Below, piece after piece: positions 28,868 through 40,218 of a stretch of DNA of 64,000 bases. The DNA is from Protoeuglena noctilucae (lineage: Eukaryota): positions 1,054,001 to 1,118,000 of the forward strand of contig OY253674.1 of assembly GCA_958009085.1 (NCBI GenBank), read 5' to 3'. Under the pieces are notes generated by a model, which saw nothing but the letters and a program-made list of their open reading frames with translations, was not told the DNA's origin and ran no database searches. The first letter of the stretch is position 1. Every line of letters starts with the position of its first letter. The position numbers and the translations under genes were made by a program.

Positions 28868-29458
28868 TCAGTTGACCTTGCCGATGGGGAGGATGAAGAG
28901 GGGCTCGCGAGGCTCCGGCGCGCCCGGGGTGTCGTCCTGGGTCGGCCCCGACCGGTGGGGCTTCTGCGTGTTTGTCTTGGCGGACTTCCAGGTCTTGGGG
29001 CTGCGGACAGGACGCAGCCAATTCTTGCATCGCTGGTATGGTCGATGCTGACGCGCGGGCGGGGGCGCTGCTTGGCTGAGCGGGCGCTGGGGGGACATGG
29101 GCTGACTAGCCAGCCAGGCTGCGACCGGGCAGAAGCATTGAGGGGGTCACCGTGGCGCGATGTTGCTTGGGTTGGGCTTGAAGTTGCTCCGAGGAGCGGG
29201 CTTGCCAGTCTTCTGGGCCATGTACTCGTCCAGTCCACCTGCGTGTGTGGCATGACCGATCGTCTTCCAATGCGCATCTGCCCCTCGCCTCGAGCGCTTG
29301 CGCCAGCTCCGACCTCAGGGATGTGAGTACTCGTCAGCTAGTAGCTAGAAGTGGCTGGCAGCCTGGGCTCGAGGCGCAGAAAGCGGCCAGCGGGACTCAC
29401 CATAGCACAAGCTGCCCCCAATGCCCTGCATTCCGCCCATGTCGACGAACAGCGTCAT
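28868..29458 (-). CDS. Small 92-aa three-exon hypothetical protein
   Basis: Exons 29458-29401, 29238-29151 and 29000-28868 join through GTGAG/GTGAC...CGCAG introns into 93 codons: MTLFVDMGGMQGIGGSLCYGGLDEYMAQKTGKPAPRSNFKPNPSNIAPRPKTWK...LFILPIGKVN*. Confidence 0.6.
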
Positions 29459-29792
29459 GGTTGGCGTCTGGTTAGTTTGTATCAATCTAATAAATTCTCC
29501 CACAGGGTTGTGCGAGCGTGGCACGCTCGCCACGATGGGAAAGGCTGCTCTCCTGCATCTTCTGGCACCGCAGAGGCAGGTCTGAGCTCTTCCACGTCTT
29601 GGTTGTAGCAGCATTCAAACCGCTAGTTCGCCCACTGTCGCATACCGCTCTGCATAGGTGCGTCCGCATTCCATTCCCCCCACTAGACTGCCGACTTTGT
29701 GGATCGCAGTGGCCGCCGTGCCCGCGTCGAGCCGCTGGGCTGGGGAGCCGCGCTTTCGCTTGAACCTTCGCTGGGAGGGAACGTCGGTCGGT

Positions 29793-30189
29793 ATGGCGTT
29801 CAGCCGCTTCAAGCTGTACGATGTTCTCCACAAGGGGACCACCACCGCCTTGCTGGGAGCCACCGTCGTCAGCTTCGGTGAGATCGGCATCGCGATGATC
29901 GCAGAGCAATCTTAAGTTTTACGAGAGCGCGTTGCGCTGGCGTGGAGGCAGCGCATTGGTCTTCTTAGCGCAGACGAATGCGCTTTTGCTACAGCACACG
30001 CGTACTCCGTCGATGCAGCCTTCCTGGGCGCGCTCGGCTTCGACATCGCCGACAAGCAGTTTAAGAGGAGGAAGCAGATGGTGGCCGGGGTCGAGCAGGG
30101 TGGCCAGGTTCGTGCGATGGCGATGGAGGGACGCTGCTGCCTGCAAATATGCGACGCGCGGCTGTCCCTCCCTGCAGGACGCCAAATGA
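29793..30189 (+). CDS. 61-aa single-transmembrane protein, COX14-like (tentative)
   Basis: Exons 29793-29877, 30019-30107 and 30178-30189 give MAFSRFKLYDVLHKGTTTALLGATVVSFAFLGALGFDIADKQFKRRKQMVAGVEQGGQDAK*. Codon third positions are strongly G/C. The D..H[KR].....L.G.T motif, transmembrane helix and basic tail resemble COX14. Confidence 0.55.
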
Positions 30190-31093
30190 GCGAACCGAGC
30201 CACGCCCCCGCGTCCGCCTGGCTCGTCGCGCCGAGCCGGGCCATGACAGCCGTGAGAAGGCGAGCCCGCTGCTGTGGTCGATGCGCGACGGCCGGGAGCG
30301 CCCCTGGGGGATGGGTTGGCAGATGAACGAGCGGCACACGGAATGGGCGAGCGGTGCGCGCGCCCGGCTTCTTGTGAAAGTCCTCGCGCGGCGCTTGGGG
30401 ACGGACGAGGACGACGTCGAGGGCCGGCTCGCGTCACTCTTCCTGCTGGTCCCGCCGATGCAGCGCCGCATCGAGACGGTCGGGGAGGAGATGGCGGCTG
30501 CGTTGCTCGAGGCGCCAGACGCCGTCGCAGGCGCACTGCTGTGCCTGCGGGAGGAGCTGGCCGATGCCGACGTGGCACAGGTGGGTGCAGACTTGCGCAT
30601 ATATCGAGCTGGCCGAGGTCGACACGATCGCATCAAGCTTTGCTGACTTCCCTTCGCCACCACTACCGCAGTTCGCCTCAGCTGTCCCGGAGGTGCTGCT
30701 CTGGCCACGAGAGCGCATTCGGGGCTCCCTGCAGGACAGCTGCCGTCACATGGGTGGGGACGCGAGGGTGCTGTCTCGCGTCGCGGCCGTGGCGCCCGTG
30801 CTGTGCGTGCGGCCAGGTGACGCTGAGCTCCTGCCAAGCCATGGGTATCAATGACGCCGCTGCTCCCACCCTGGCGTAAGCGATGTGGCGATGCTAAGTG
30901 ACGCGGCCCCACCTCTGCAGATGCGCTGGCGTCGGCCCTGGCGGAGATCCAGCGCTTGCTGGGGGGCAGTGAGGCGGATACCCTTGCACGCGTGGCTGCG
31001 TCGCCGGGGCTCTTGCTACAGGCTATGGGGGGCGCGTCTATCCTGGGCCCTGGCGATGTCCTGGACAGGACCACGGGGTACAGGCAAGACTAG
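29821..31093 (+). CDS. Hypothetical helical-repeat protein with transit-peptide-like N-terminus overlapping the 61-aa ORF in the +1 frame
   Basis: ATG 29821 stays open across the same two introns into ...PWGMGWQMNERHTEW...LREELADADVAQ|FASAVPEVLLW...|DALASALAEIQRLL...TGYRQD* (TAG 31091-31093). An alternative start is ATG 30281. Confidence 0.65.
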
Positions 31094-31304
31094 CCTGGGA
31101 ATCTGATGGGTGTGTGTGAGGGTTGGCAAGGCATTGGTGCTGTAGTTGAGGCAGGGCCAGTATTCAAAGCCTGTGCCACCCCGCTCCATGACCCCTTCAA
31201 TGTGTACACTGCGTAGGCGTCTCGTGTGCCTCGTATGGTCCCCGGCACGACGGCCCTGGGCCCCTCAGCACGACACGACTTGACGGGGTGTCTCGCTTAT
31301 CACA

Positions 31305-34240
31305 TCACGTCCGTGCGGGGATGTGCGACCGGGAGAGCTCCTCCTTCACCTCACGGATCTGCACTTCGCCCCGGTGGAAGATGCCCGCAGCCAGGGCCGC
31401 GGCGGCACCCGTCTGCGCACAGAGAGCACCAATGTCGTGTGCGTGTGAGACTTTCCCTTCATCGCCATGCCATCCCTGCTCCCACCGCGCCCTCGCCTGC
31501 TGGAACACCTCTGTGAAGTGGTCGGGCCTCCCTGCGCCCGAGCTGGCAATGACGGGGATCGTCACCGCCCTCGACACCGCCTCCACCAGGTCGAGCTCAA
31601 AGCCGCTGTTGGTGCCGTCCTTGTCGATGCAGTTGAGGAGGATCTCGCCTGCCCCGAGGTCCTCCACCGCCTGCGCAGCCACCAGAGGTTTGACGGCGCT
31701 CATTGGGACAGGAGAGGCGTTTAGGCAAGGGGGCCCAGGCGAGACTAGGCACGGTCTCACCCCCACCCAGCTGCGTCAGTGGACTCGGCGCTGGTCCCCT
31801 GTCCCACTTGCTGCTCACCTTTGCCAGCTCCACGGCCCCAATGTCCCGCCCCTCGCGGCCCCCCTTGATCGTGCACTGCCACCAGCAGTACTCCTCCCCA
31901 TTAGGCCCACAGGCGCTGCGCACAGAAAGCGCATCCTCCCGTCAGCTATCGCTGTCGCTTTTGTCACCCACCCTCTCCACGCACCTGCTATCCCCGCTCT
32001 GTCACCAGCCCTCTCCATGCACCTGCTAGCCTTCACGCAGTGGTGCTTGACGTCCTCTGGGCTCTTGACCCACACGCGCCGGGGATCAATCGACACCACC
32101 ACGGCCTGCTTCCCGTACACGCGCGAGATCTGCTCGATGGATGTCTTGCCCGTCTTGACCTTGCCACCCGCGTAGTACTCCTCGGCCACCAGCACCGCGT
32201 CCGATCCGATCGACACCTGAGGGGGCGCAAGTCGGTATGGCGTCAGCATGGCAGTCAGCATAGCGTGCTTGCGGAGGTGCTTTCAGAGGGCAGCGCGGCA
32301 GCAAGAGGCTTTGGTGGTGCCACGCTGTGCCAAAGCGCGGCTGTATGGCTGCGTCATCAAATGCCCACCTTGTCCGCCCCCGACCGGAAGTACTCTGCCG
32401 CCACGCGAAGTGCCGAGTGGAAGGTGCCCTTGGAATCCGTGAACTCCTTGATGCCCCCGCCGACCGTAAGAGGGACGAAGACGCGCTCCGAGGCGCGGCG
32501 CATCACCTGAGGGCACGGAGCAGGCGAGGGCATACAGCAGTGCTCATGGACCGTAATGGTCTGAGGGCTCTCAGAAGTCGGACACAGCCGGTCACCCTGC
32601 CCAGCCAGTCACCTCGAGCATGGGCAGGTCTTCCATGGGGCAGTCCCGGAAGCCCGTGATGTTGAGGAAGGCCACCTCGTCCGCACCGCCCTCATAGTAC
32701 GCCCCCGCTAACTCCACCGGCTTGCCCAGGTTGCGGACGTCCCGCGACGCGCCCTTCTCCCTCACGTCGTACTGGTCACCCTTGGTCACCACCAGGTCGC
32801 CCTGGTCGTTGGAGCGCACGTCCAGGCACGCGATGACGCGCTGCAGACACCGACGGGGCAGGAACGGATGGGAGTAACCGACACGCAACAAAGCCAGTAT
32901 GCTCCCTGATAGTCATCGCCAGTTGCTGTCGGCGTCTGCACCCCGCAGCTGTGCAGCGGTGCAAGCGCGGTGAGGCACCTTGGCCAGCCCCCGTGGCCCC
33001 TGCATGTCCGTCTTGGGCTCGCTTGCCCCGGTCGAGGGGTCCAAGAAGGCCTGCAGGATGGACAGACCCTGCAGCCCCGACTTCTCCGGGTGGAATTGGG
33101 ACCCAAAGACGTTGCCCTTGTTGATCGCACCCACGAACTCCTTGCCGTACGTGCTGCGGGCAGGACGGCAGCGGCAGTGGAGACATCAAAACCAGCAATT
33201 TGTGCGACTAGAAAAAATATCCTGGACTTGCTGTGGCTCCACGTATGCCCACGGCTGATGAAGCGCAACCCATGTAGCCAGCACACACACCGCCGTCCAC
33301 CTCCCCTGGCGCACCTGGTGGCCAGGACCCACTCCTCGTTGTCCGGAGAGGGAGTCGCGTGGTACGAGTGGACGTAGTAGACGCGAGAGTTGGCCACGCC
33401 GTTGAGCAGGAAGCTGGGCCGGCGGAGCTCCAGCGTGTTCCAACCAATGTGCGGAACGGGCAAGCCCTGCGAGAAACAGCAGCTCCGAGGCTGTGGAGAC
33501 GACCTGCTCGCGAGACATGCACCGCATGTACGCACCCTGGCGCACGCCTGGCCCGCACCATCGCAGGGTCGAACTTTGTCACGGTCCCAGGGATGATGCC
33601 CAGGCCCTCCACGCCTCCAGACTCTTCCGATCCCTCAAACAGACACTGCGATGGGAGACACCACAGGTTAGCCCTCGGGCCCTCGTCACAGCGCCTAACT
33701 CATTGGGGGGCCAGGCCACGTCATCTCACGCTGCGTCGCCTGACCTGCAGCCCCAGGCAGATGCCGTAAAAGGGCTTTCCCTCCATCAAGTAGTCCTTCA
33801 GCGGCTCGATGTACCCCTTGGACTGCAGGATGTCCATGCACGACCCAAACGCGCCCACGCCGGGGAAGATGAGCCGGGTGGCGCGTGCCAGGTCCTGGGG
33901 TCGCTCGACGTCGCGGATGTTGTATCCCAGCTTGGTGATCGCGTTGCGCACGGAGCGGACGTTGCCGGCCCCGTAGTCCAGCAGGAAGACGTCCCGGTCT
34001 GGGGCCGCCTGGGCCGCCGCGCTGCGGGCGGACCGCTCGCGCTGGGCGGCCGTGGTCGCGCGAATCGCGCGGCCTCCGCTGACCACAGCGATCATGATGG
34101 CCAATCAGGTGTTTACGCGCAGGCCAGCGATGGGCTGGCGGCCTGTTGCGCCCGCACGGGGGCACAGCTAGCGTGGCTGGGGTGGACGCCGCTCCTGGGG
34201 GAAAGGCACGCTTGTAGCTGTTGCATGTAAATGAGGCCAT
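31305..34240 (-). CDS. HISN4: Bifunctional imidazole glycerol phosphate synthase hisHF, plastid-type
   Basis: [86 protein letters not shown] and ALAAGIFHR. The exact start is uncertain (ATG 34240 or 34226). Confidence 0.95.
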
Positions 34241-34786
34241 GGTGAGGGGTGCGATGGTGAGCATGCATCGGACATCCGCTGCGAATCCGCGCGGAGGGGG
34301 CCTCTGGATGACGCGAGCGTGTCGCGCAAAGCCGCGGCGCTGCAGGCCCTGGAAGGGGCGGCGCGGCCAATACCTGAGGCGATGCTTATGTAAGAAGCTT
34401 CCGCGGATGCAAAGAAGCGCACGCCAACCCCACAGAAGCCGCTCTCAGTCTCGAAAAACCTTCAGACGCACTTTGATCACCACCAGAAGATCCGTCACTT
34501 CGACATTGACTATATGTGCATCATAGAGACCAAAACCGGCAAGAACACCGATCTCTGCGACGTAAACGCTAGACTGGCGGGAGGCCCCGGTCAGACTGAC
34601 GAGTCTCGATCGCTTTGAGGGATCCCGGGTCGCATGCCACTTGAGTTGGTACGTAGCAACACCTGGGCGACCCCTGGCGGACATCTCGCTGAGCTCGCTG
34701 GTCGGGAGGGAGAGAAGAGCGCGCAGTTGGGAGGCTCGCGACAAGAGCCCGAGGGGTCGTTGACCGGGGGCCCATACCTGATCAGA

Positions 34787-35480
34787 ATGTCGAAGCCGGC
34801 TTCCATTGATTTGTCCGCGCTGTCCTTGGAGGAGCTGGCGGCGGTGAAGGACCAGCTTGAGAAGGACTTGGAGAGGTGCGCTGCCACGGCGTGCGCGGCG
34901 CTCCTCCGGTCGATCTCGCGCGCGTGGGGATGTGATCGAGTGCAGTCGATGTTCCCGTGCCTGCGGTGGGCTCGTTGAGCGCGCGAGCTGCGGCCCGGCC
35001 CGCATGCAGGTTTGCACAGTTTATGGAAACGCTGGGGAGGGCGGCGAACCGCTTCGGCGCGTCGGCCAACGCGCTTCAGGCCCTTCGTGAGGAAGAACAA
35101 GGTGCAAGAGCGCGCTTGTTGCCGTCCCTCTACGCCCCTGGGCTCTGCCATCCTCGCCCGACGCTCGTCGCTGGGCACCTGCAGGGAAGCCCATGTTGGT
35201 TCCGCTGACGATGTCGATGTACGTCCGCGGGAAGCTGGACACGACCGAGAGCGTCCTGGTCGACATCGGCACGGGGTACTTCGCCGAAAAGACGGTCGAC
35301 CAGGCCGTGGACTTTTGCAAGCGCAAGGTGGCGATGCTCCGGGAGAAGGTGGAAAGCACCCAGCAGCTGATGCGGGACAAGCAGGCGGCCTTCCTCCAAG
35401 TGCGCTCCGTGTTTCAGCAAAAGGTGGCTGCGCAGGCGGCCAAGGCGGGCCAGCCCGCGGTGGCTGCCACGAGCAAGTGA
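34787..35480 (+). CDS. PFDN5: Prefoldin subunit 5 (alpha-type)
   Basis: IDLSALSLEELAAVKDQLE...MLVPLTMSMYVRGKL...VLVDIGTGYFAEK...DFCKRK. Confidence 0.95.
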
Positions 35481-35509
35481 CGCGCACAGGGCAGCGCAGC
35501 TGCGTAGCG

Positions 35510-36727
35510 TCATCGCCGCTTCTTGCTCCCCTTGCCCTTCTTCTTGCCCTTCGCCTTCGGGCGGGGACCCTTGCCCACGCCCCGGAGCCCAAAGGCCGAG
35601 CCAAGCCCCCGGGTGCCCCCGCCCGCGTCTTCCCTAGTCCTGGTCTTGAAGACGCTGGGAGACACGCGAAGCATCCCGTCGCTGTACCCGTGAAGCTCCT
35701 GCAAACCCCTGTCCCGCTTCGCGTCCCTCTCCCGCTTCTTCTCCTTGCCCCGCCCCTTGCGCGTCGCCATGCCCGTCTCGAACGCCAGCTCCAGCGCCTT
35801 CTTTTCTCGCTCCTTGCGCTTCTGCGGTAGAGGAAGAGGTCCGAGCTCACGAGCCCGAGCGCCGAGGCGCCGACGGGTCGCTGCAGCCCGGCGCGACCCT
35901 GCGCATCGTGCACCTTGGAGATGCCGGCGCCGATCTTGATGGACATCCGCGGCGCCTTGGGTGCCTTGCCCCCGAGTCTCTCCACCACGGCAGCCTTCCA
36001 CTTCTTCTGGTCCTTCTTCTCCAGCGCCGACGCCCCAAAGCGCTCCACCTCCCACATGAGGCGCTTGAAGTCCACGGTATCCGCGTCGTCCCCCCCGCTC
36101 TTCCTCGGCGCAGGGCCAGCCTGCAGGGAGCATCAGGTCCTTGTCTTGCTATCAGGTCGTGATGCGTGGCACGTCACGTGCTGTAAAAGCTACGCGTGCA
36201 CAGCCGTGCGCGCACCTCGGCGGGCGACGCCACCCGGGCCGCCTTGTTGCTCATGAACGCTTTGCGCTCCGCCCACACGCTGTCCATATTGGAAGGCCCA
36301 GCAGACGCCCCCTTTCCAACGCCACGAAAGACGACGACCTCTGGAGCGCCTGGCTCACGTATCGCGTCCTTCTCCGACTCCTCGTCCTCTTCTATTGCAT
36401 CTTCACTGCTTTCGGGGCCGGAGCTGTCCAAGCTGCCGTCGTCCTCTCGCGCGGGCAGGCTTGCATCGTCGCTGGCCGTCGCGGAGCTTTCCGGGGAAGT
36501 TACCTCGTCCGACTCGCCCTGCGACCCACAAAGTAGGATGTTTGCATCAACGATGATCGATGAGGCGCGATGACTGGAGGAAACGTGTCGCCGGCGCTGC
36601 AGGAACCCGGACCACGGCGAGGTAGTGAGTTACGCACCTCTGACTGGCTGTCCGCATCGTCGAACTGCCGCAGAAACGCCTTCCCGTGGGCGTCCAGGAG
36701 TCGCTGCAGGGCCCTGTCATCGGCCAT
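35510..36727 (-). CDS. Faf1/C1orf131 (DUF4602)-like SSU processome protein
   Basis: LLDAHGKAFLRQF, an acidic stretch, PEVVVF, ERKAFMS, EVERFGASALEKKDQKKW...LGGKAPKAPRMSIK, DGMLRV and a Lys-rich tail. Confidence 0.7.
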
Positions 36728-36936
36728 TCCGCCGAGTCGGCGCGCAGCGCCCTAGAAGTGCTTTTCTGTGCTTGCCTCGGTGACTGCCCATACAAATAAG
36801 CGCCCCTGGTCCCCTGACGTGTCCCGTTCAACGCTCTCTAGAGAGCTGCAGCGTCGCCGGAGCATCACATGCCATCGGCAGCTTCCGTCAGTGACTGCCA
36901 GCCGGTGCCAGGCACACGTCCCGCGCCCTCTCCTGC

Positions 36937-37999
36937 CTACTCAGTGACGAACGTCTTCTTCCATGCCTCCACCGTCGAGACTCCCACCCCGATGTTCCGG
37001 ATATCCCGAATGTTCGAGTCCTGGACCTCCTTGGACGCCGACGCCGTCGCATCCTCCAGCACTGCGTCAGCGAAGGCGCGAGGGGCGCAATGTGGGTAGC
37101 AATGGCCTGCTGCGCGAGCATGCTGGCCTCCATGCACGCTGGCGGCCCGCACCGACCACCTCCGGGTAGTCCAGCGACACGGCGTCGAAGGCAGAGGCGC
37201 GGATGCAGTTGGGCGTCTGGAACCCACAGAGCACGACGCGGTCCACGCGGCACCGGCGCAGCATCATGTCGAGCGAGGTCTGGAAGAAGGCCGAGAAGCG
37301 CTTCTTGATGACCACGAACTCCGTGTCGAGGGGCTGCGGAGGAGGAGGGAGTGGGGGAGGCAGTTACAGCTGCACAGGGGCCACTGGGGAGTGGCAGTTA
37401 CGCCTGTGGCGGGGAAACGGGCCCAAAGAAAGCCTGCTGAGGGCTTCACGGAAAGCATATGAATGCTTTGCACTGCTCGCTTCACGGACCCTTCCGCAGG
37501 CATCCATGACGTGATTGCTTTCATCCTGGATCTCCCGCCCTCCTGCTTGCCTTGAGGGCGTCGACGAGGCGTGCACCCTCCGTGCCTGCCACCGTGGCCC
37601 CTGCCCCGCCCTTCTTGAAGAGGTGGGAACGCGTGTGCTCGATGTCGATCCCCGAAGGATGGTGCTCCCGGATGACGAAGAAAACGGGTACGCCGTGGTG
37701 GCGCGCGACGTTCACGGCCTCCACGACCTGCGAACCGTTGCGGGCGGATGCCATCGAATGCGTCATTCGCGATCGCGAGAAAGCAACGTGGAGGCGCGTC
37801 TGGGGACGATGCGATCAGCTCGGACACATGCGCACGCACGGACAGCTGTCGCAGCAGTGGTGCGGCAGCGCGCGTGGGCCGATTCGCGCGCCTCCATCAC
37901 CTTCGGCAGACAAGCTGCTGCCCCATTTACTGTCAGGGGCCTGCCCGGCAGCACGAAGTCGTTCTGGGCGTCGATCACGACAAGGGCCTCGCGGCTCAT
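36937..37999 (-). CDS. Isochorismatase/nicotinamidase-like cysteine hydrolase
   Basis: ALVVIDAQNDF, REH...GIDIEHTR, VIKKRFSAFFQT, GFQTPNCIRASAFDA and DATAS. Confidence 0.9.
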
Positions 38000-38419
38000 G
38001 GCTGCACGCGAGATCGGGCCGACTGGGTCTCTGACGGTGTCGAGGGGGACGATGAAATATGGCAGGGATTGGCGGAGCGTGCTTCAGCGCGAGCAGTCCT
38101 AACCTGAGGGCTCCAAGAGCTGACCAGAGTTCTGGCGGCATGATTTCTCTACTGCGCCCTTCTTTCGCCCCTCTTTGTGATGGCTGCAATCAAGTGGTTC
38201 TACAGAAGCCCATCTGCATCGACTTCGCAGCTGCCTGTCGCTGTGGCGCTGCACGCAGCCCTCACAAGTGTCCATCTGCTCGCGAGGGTGTCGCGGGTGG
38301 ACGGGCACCCGACGGGACGAGAGTCAGACGTAGTTCCGTGTAGGATAGGCACATCTTGCCATCGTTGCCGCCCCCCGACCGCTCTGCCGAGCGCACGCGC
38401 ATAGCCAGCCGGCCGGGCG

Positions 38420-40038
38420 ATGGGGCTTCGCGAGGAGTTCGAGCGCGCGGGCCTGTCCTTTAAGGGCCCGTCGTCCCATCCGATCGATCGAGGCCATGAG
38501 GGGGCGTCAAGCTGTTCGCCGTGGACCCTGCCCTGGCTCCGTTGGCATGCCGCCGGGGCCTGGCGCGCCATCAACGCCCCCGGTGGGGCAACGGAGCGGC
38601 AGGAACGCGGCTCTTGGTGGCCCCACGCGCTGCTCGCGGTCGCCGTGCTCGCCGTCTCGAGCGCCGGCGCGGTCTTCGCCACGATGCCCGAGGTCGGGGC
38701 CGTGACACTCGCGGCGTGGCGGCTCGAGGCCACTGCCGTTCTCCTCGGGGCCGGGTTCGCCGTGCAGTGGCGGTCTCTGTCTTCCGATGACCGCTTCCGC
38801 GTGCGGCAGTCCGCGCTCGCCCTGGCCGGGGCCGGGGTCTGCCTCGGCCTGCACTTCTGGGCGTGGGTGTGGGGCGTGCGGCACACGTCCCTCACGCACT
38901 CGCTGCTGTTCGTCTGTGCCTCGCCCTTCCTCATCGCCATCCTCCTCATCATCACCAGGTGAGTCACTCTCAGCTCATCCGCACTGACTGACACCCCCCA
39001 TGTCAGCCAGCCGCTCTCAAACCCTCACAACCTTGGGCTCCCCACCTCCTCCAGGAAACCCATCTCTTCCGGCGAGCTCATAGGCACGGCCATGGGTGCC
39101 GTGGGGGCCGTGCTGCTTGCCATGGGTGCCGGCAGTCGCGAGGGCGTCACGGTGGCAGGGGACCTCATGTCGCTCCTCGGCTCAGCTCTCTTCGTGGGGT
39201 ACCTCAACGCCGGGAGCAGGCTGCGGCAATGGATGCCTTTGATGGTGTATGCCTTCCCTGTCACCCTCGTGGGCGCCCTGCTTCTGTGCATCGCGAGCCT
39301 CGCGCTTGACCGCCAGCACGGGCCCCTGTCCTGGCTCTGGACGGCGAGGTGAGTGGCTGACGAGTGCCCTCCGTGTCTCGGTATGTCGCTAATCGCGCCT
39401 TCTGTCGCTCACATACGTCTCGCTCACGCGTTGCCCCCCAGGTACTTCCCAAAGGTGCTGTACCTCGCCCTTGGGCCCGGCCTGGCGGGGCACACCCTGA
39501 TCAACGCGTGCGTGAGCCGCCTGCAACCGCTAGAAATCACGCTAGCGCTGACCTTGGAGCCCATCGTGGGGTCCCTGCTGGGACTTGCCATGGAAGTTCA
39601 ACGGGCGCCGTCTGCGTGGACGTGGGCGGGGGGCACGGTGCTGCTGGCATCGACGGTGCTGGTGTCGGTGTCGTCGAGCAGGAGAAAGAGCGCGGGGGAC
39701 GGGGTAAGGGGTGCGGTGGGTTACGAGGCCGTCGGGGGCGGGGTCAAGGACTGGGCGGCGAGCCGGTCGGCGCGACGGGGGACGGACTTTGTGCCGGGGC
39801 TGAGCAAGGCGAGTGTCGTAGGGTTGTCGATGCGGGGCTCTAGGACTACAGTGTTCGGTGACTGCTATGTGACCTTACGTCTCACTGATGCTTGCAGGGG
39901 GCCAAGGGAGGGGCCAAGGGTGGGCAGGCGGCCAATGGCGGCCATGTGGATGAGGAGACGTCGAGTTGGCTGGCGGAGATCGGGGGCAACGTGGAGATGG
40001 GCAAGGGGAGGGGCGAGCGGGGGCTGGGCGGCACGTGA
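38420..40038 (+). CDS. DMT/EamA-family transporter
   Basis: About 10 transmembrane helices; AAWRL, LGLHFWAWVWGVRHTSLTHS, GDLMSLLGS, GHTLIN and LEPIVGSLLG. The last exon follows a GC-AG intron at 39809-39897. Confidence 0.88.
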
Positions 40039-40218
40039 CGAGAGGCGCATGGCTGTGCCGGGCGGCAGGTCGCATCTCATCCCAAGCCTTTAGTCATAGC
40101 ATTCGCGATAGCAGTTGTGTTCCTTGGCAGATCCATAACTCATCAATTCAACGCAACTCTGCTCAACCGAGCTCGCCAGGTGTCGCTACATTCGACTGCC
40201 TGTATCGTCCCAGCCAGC

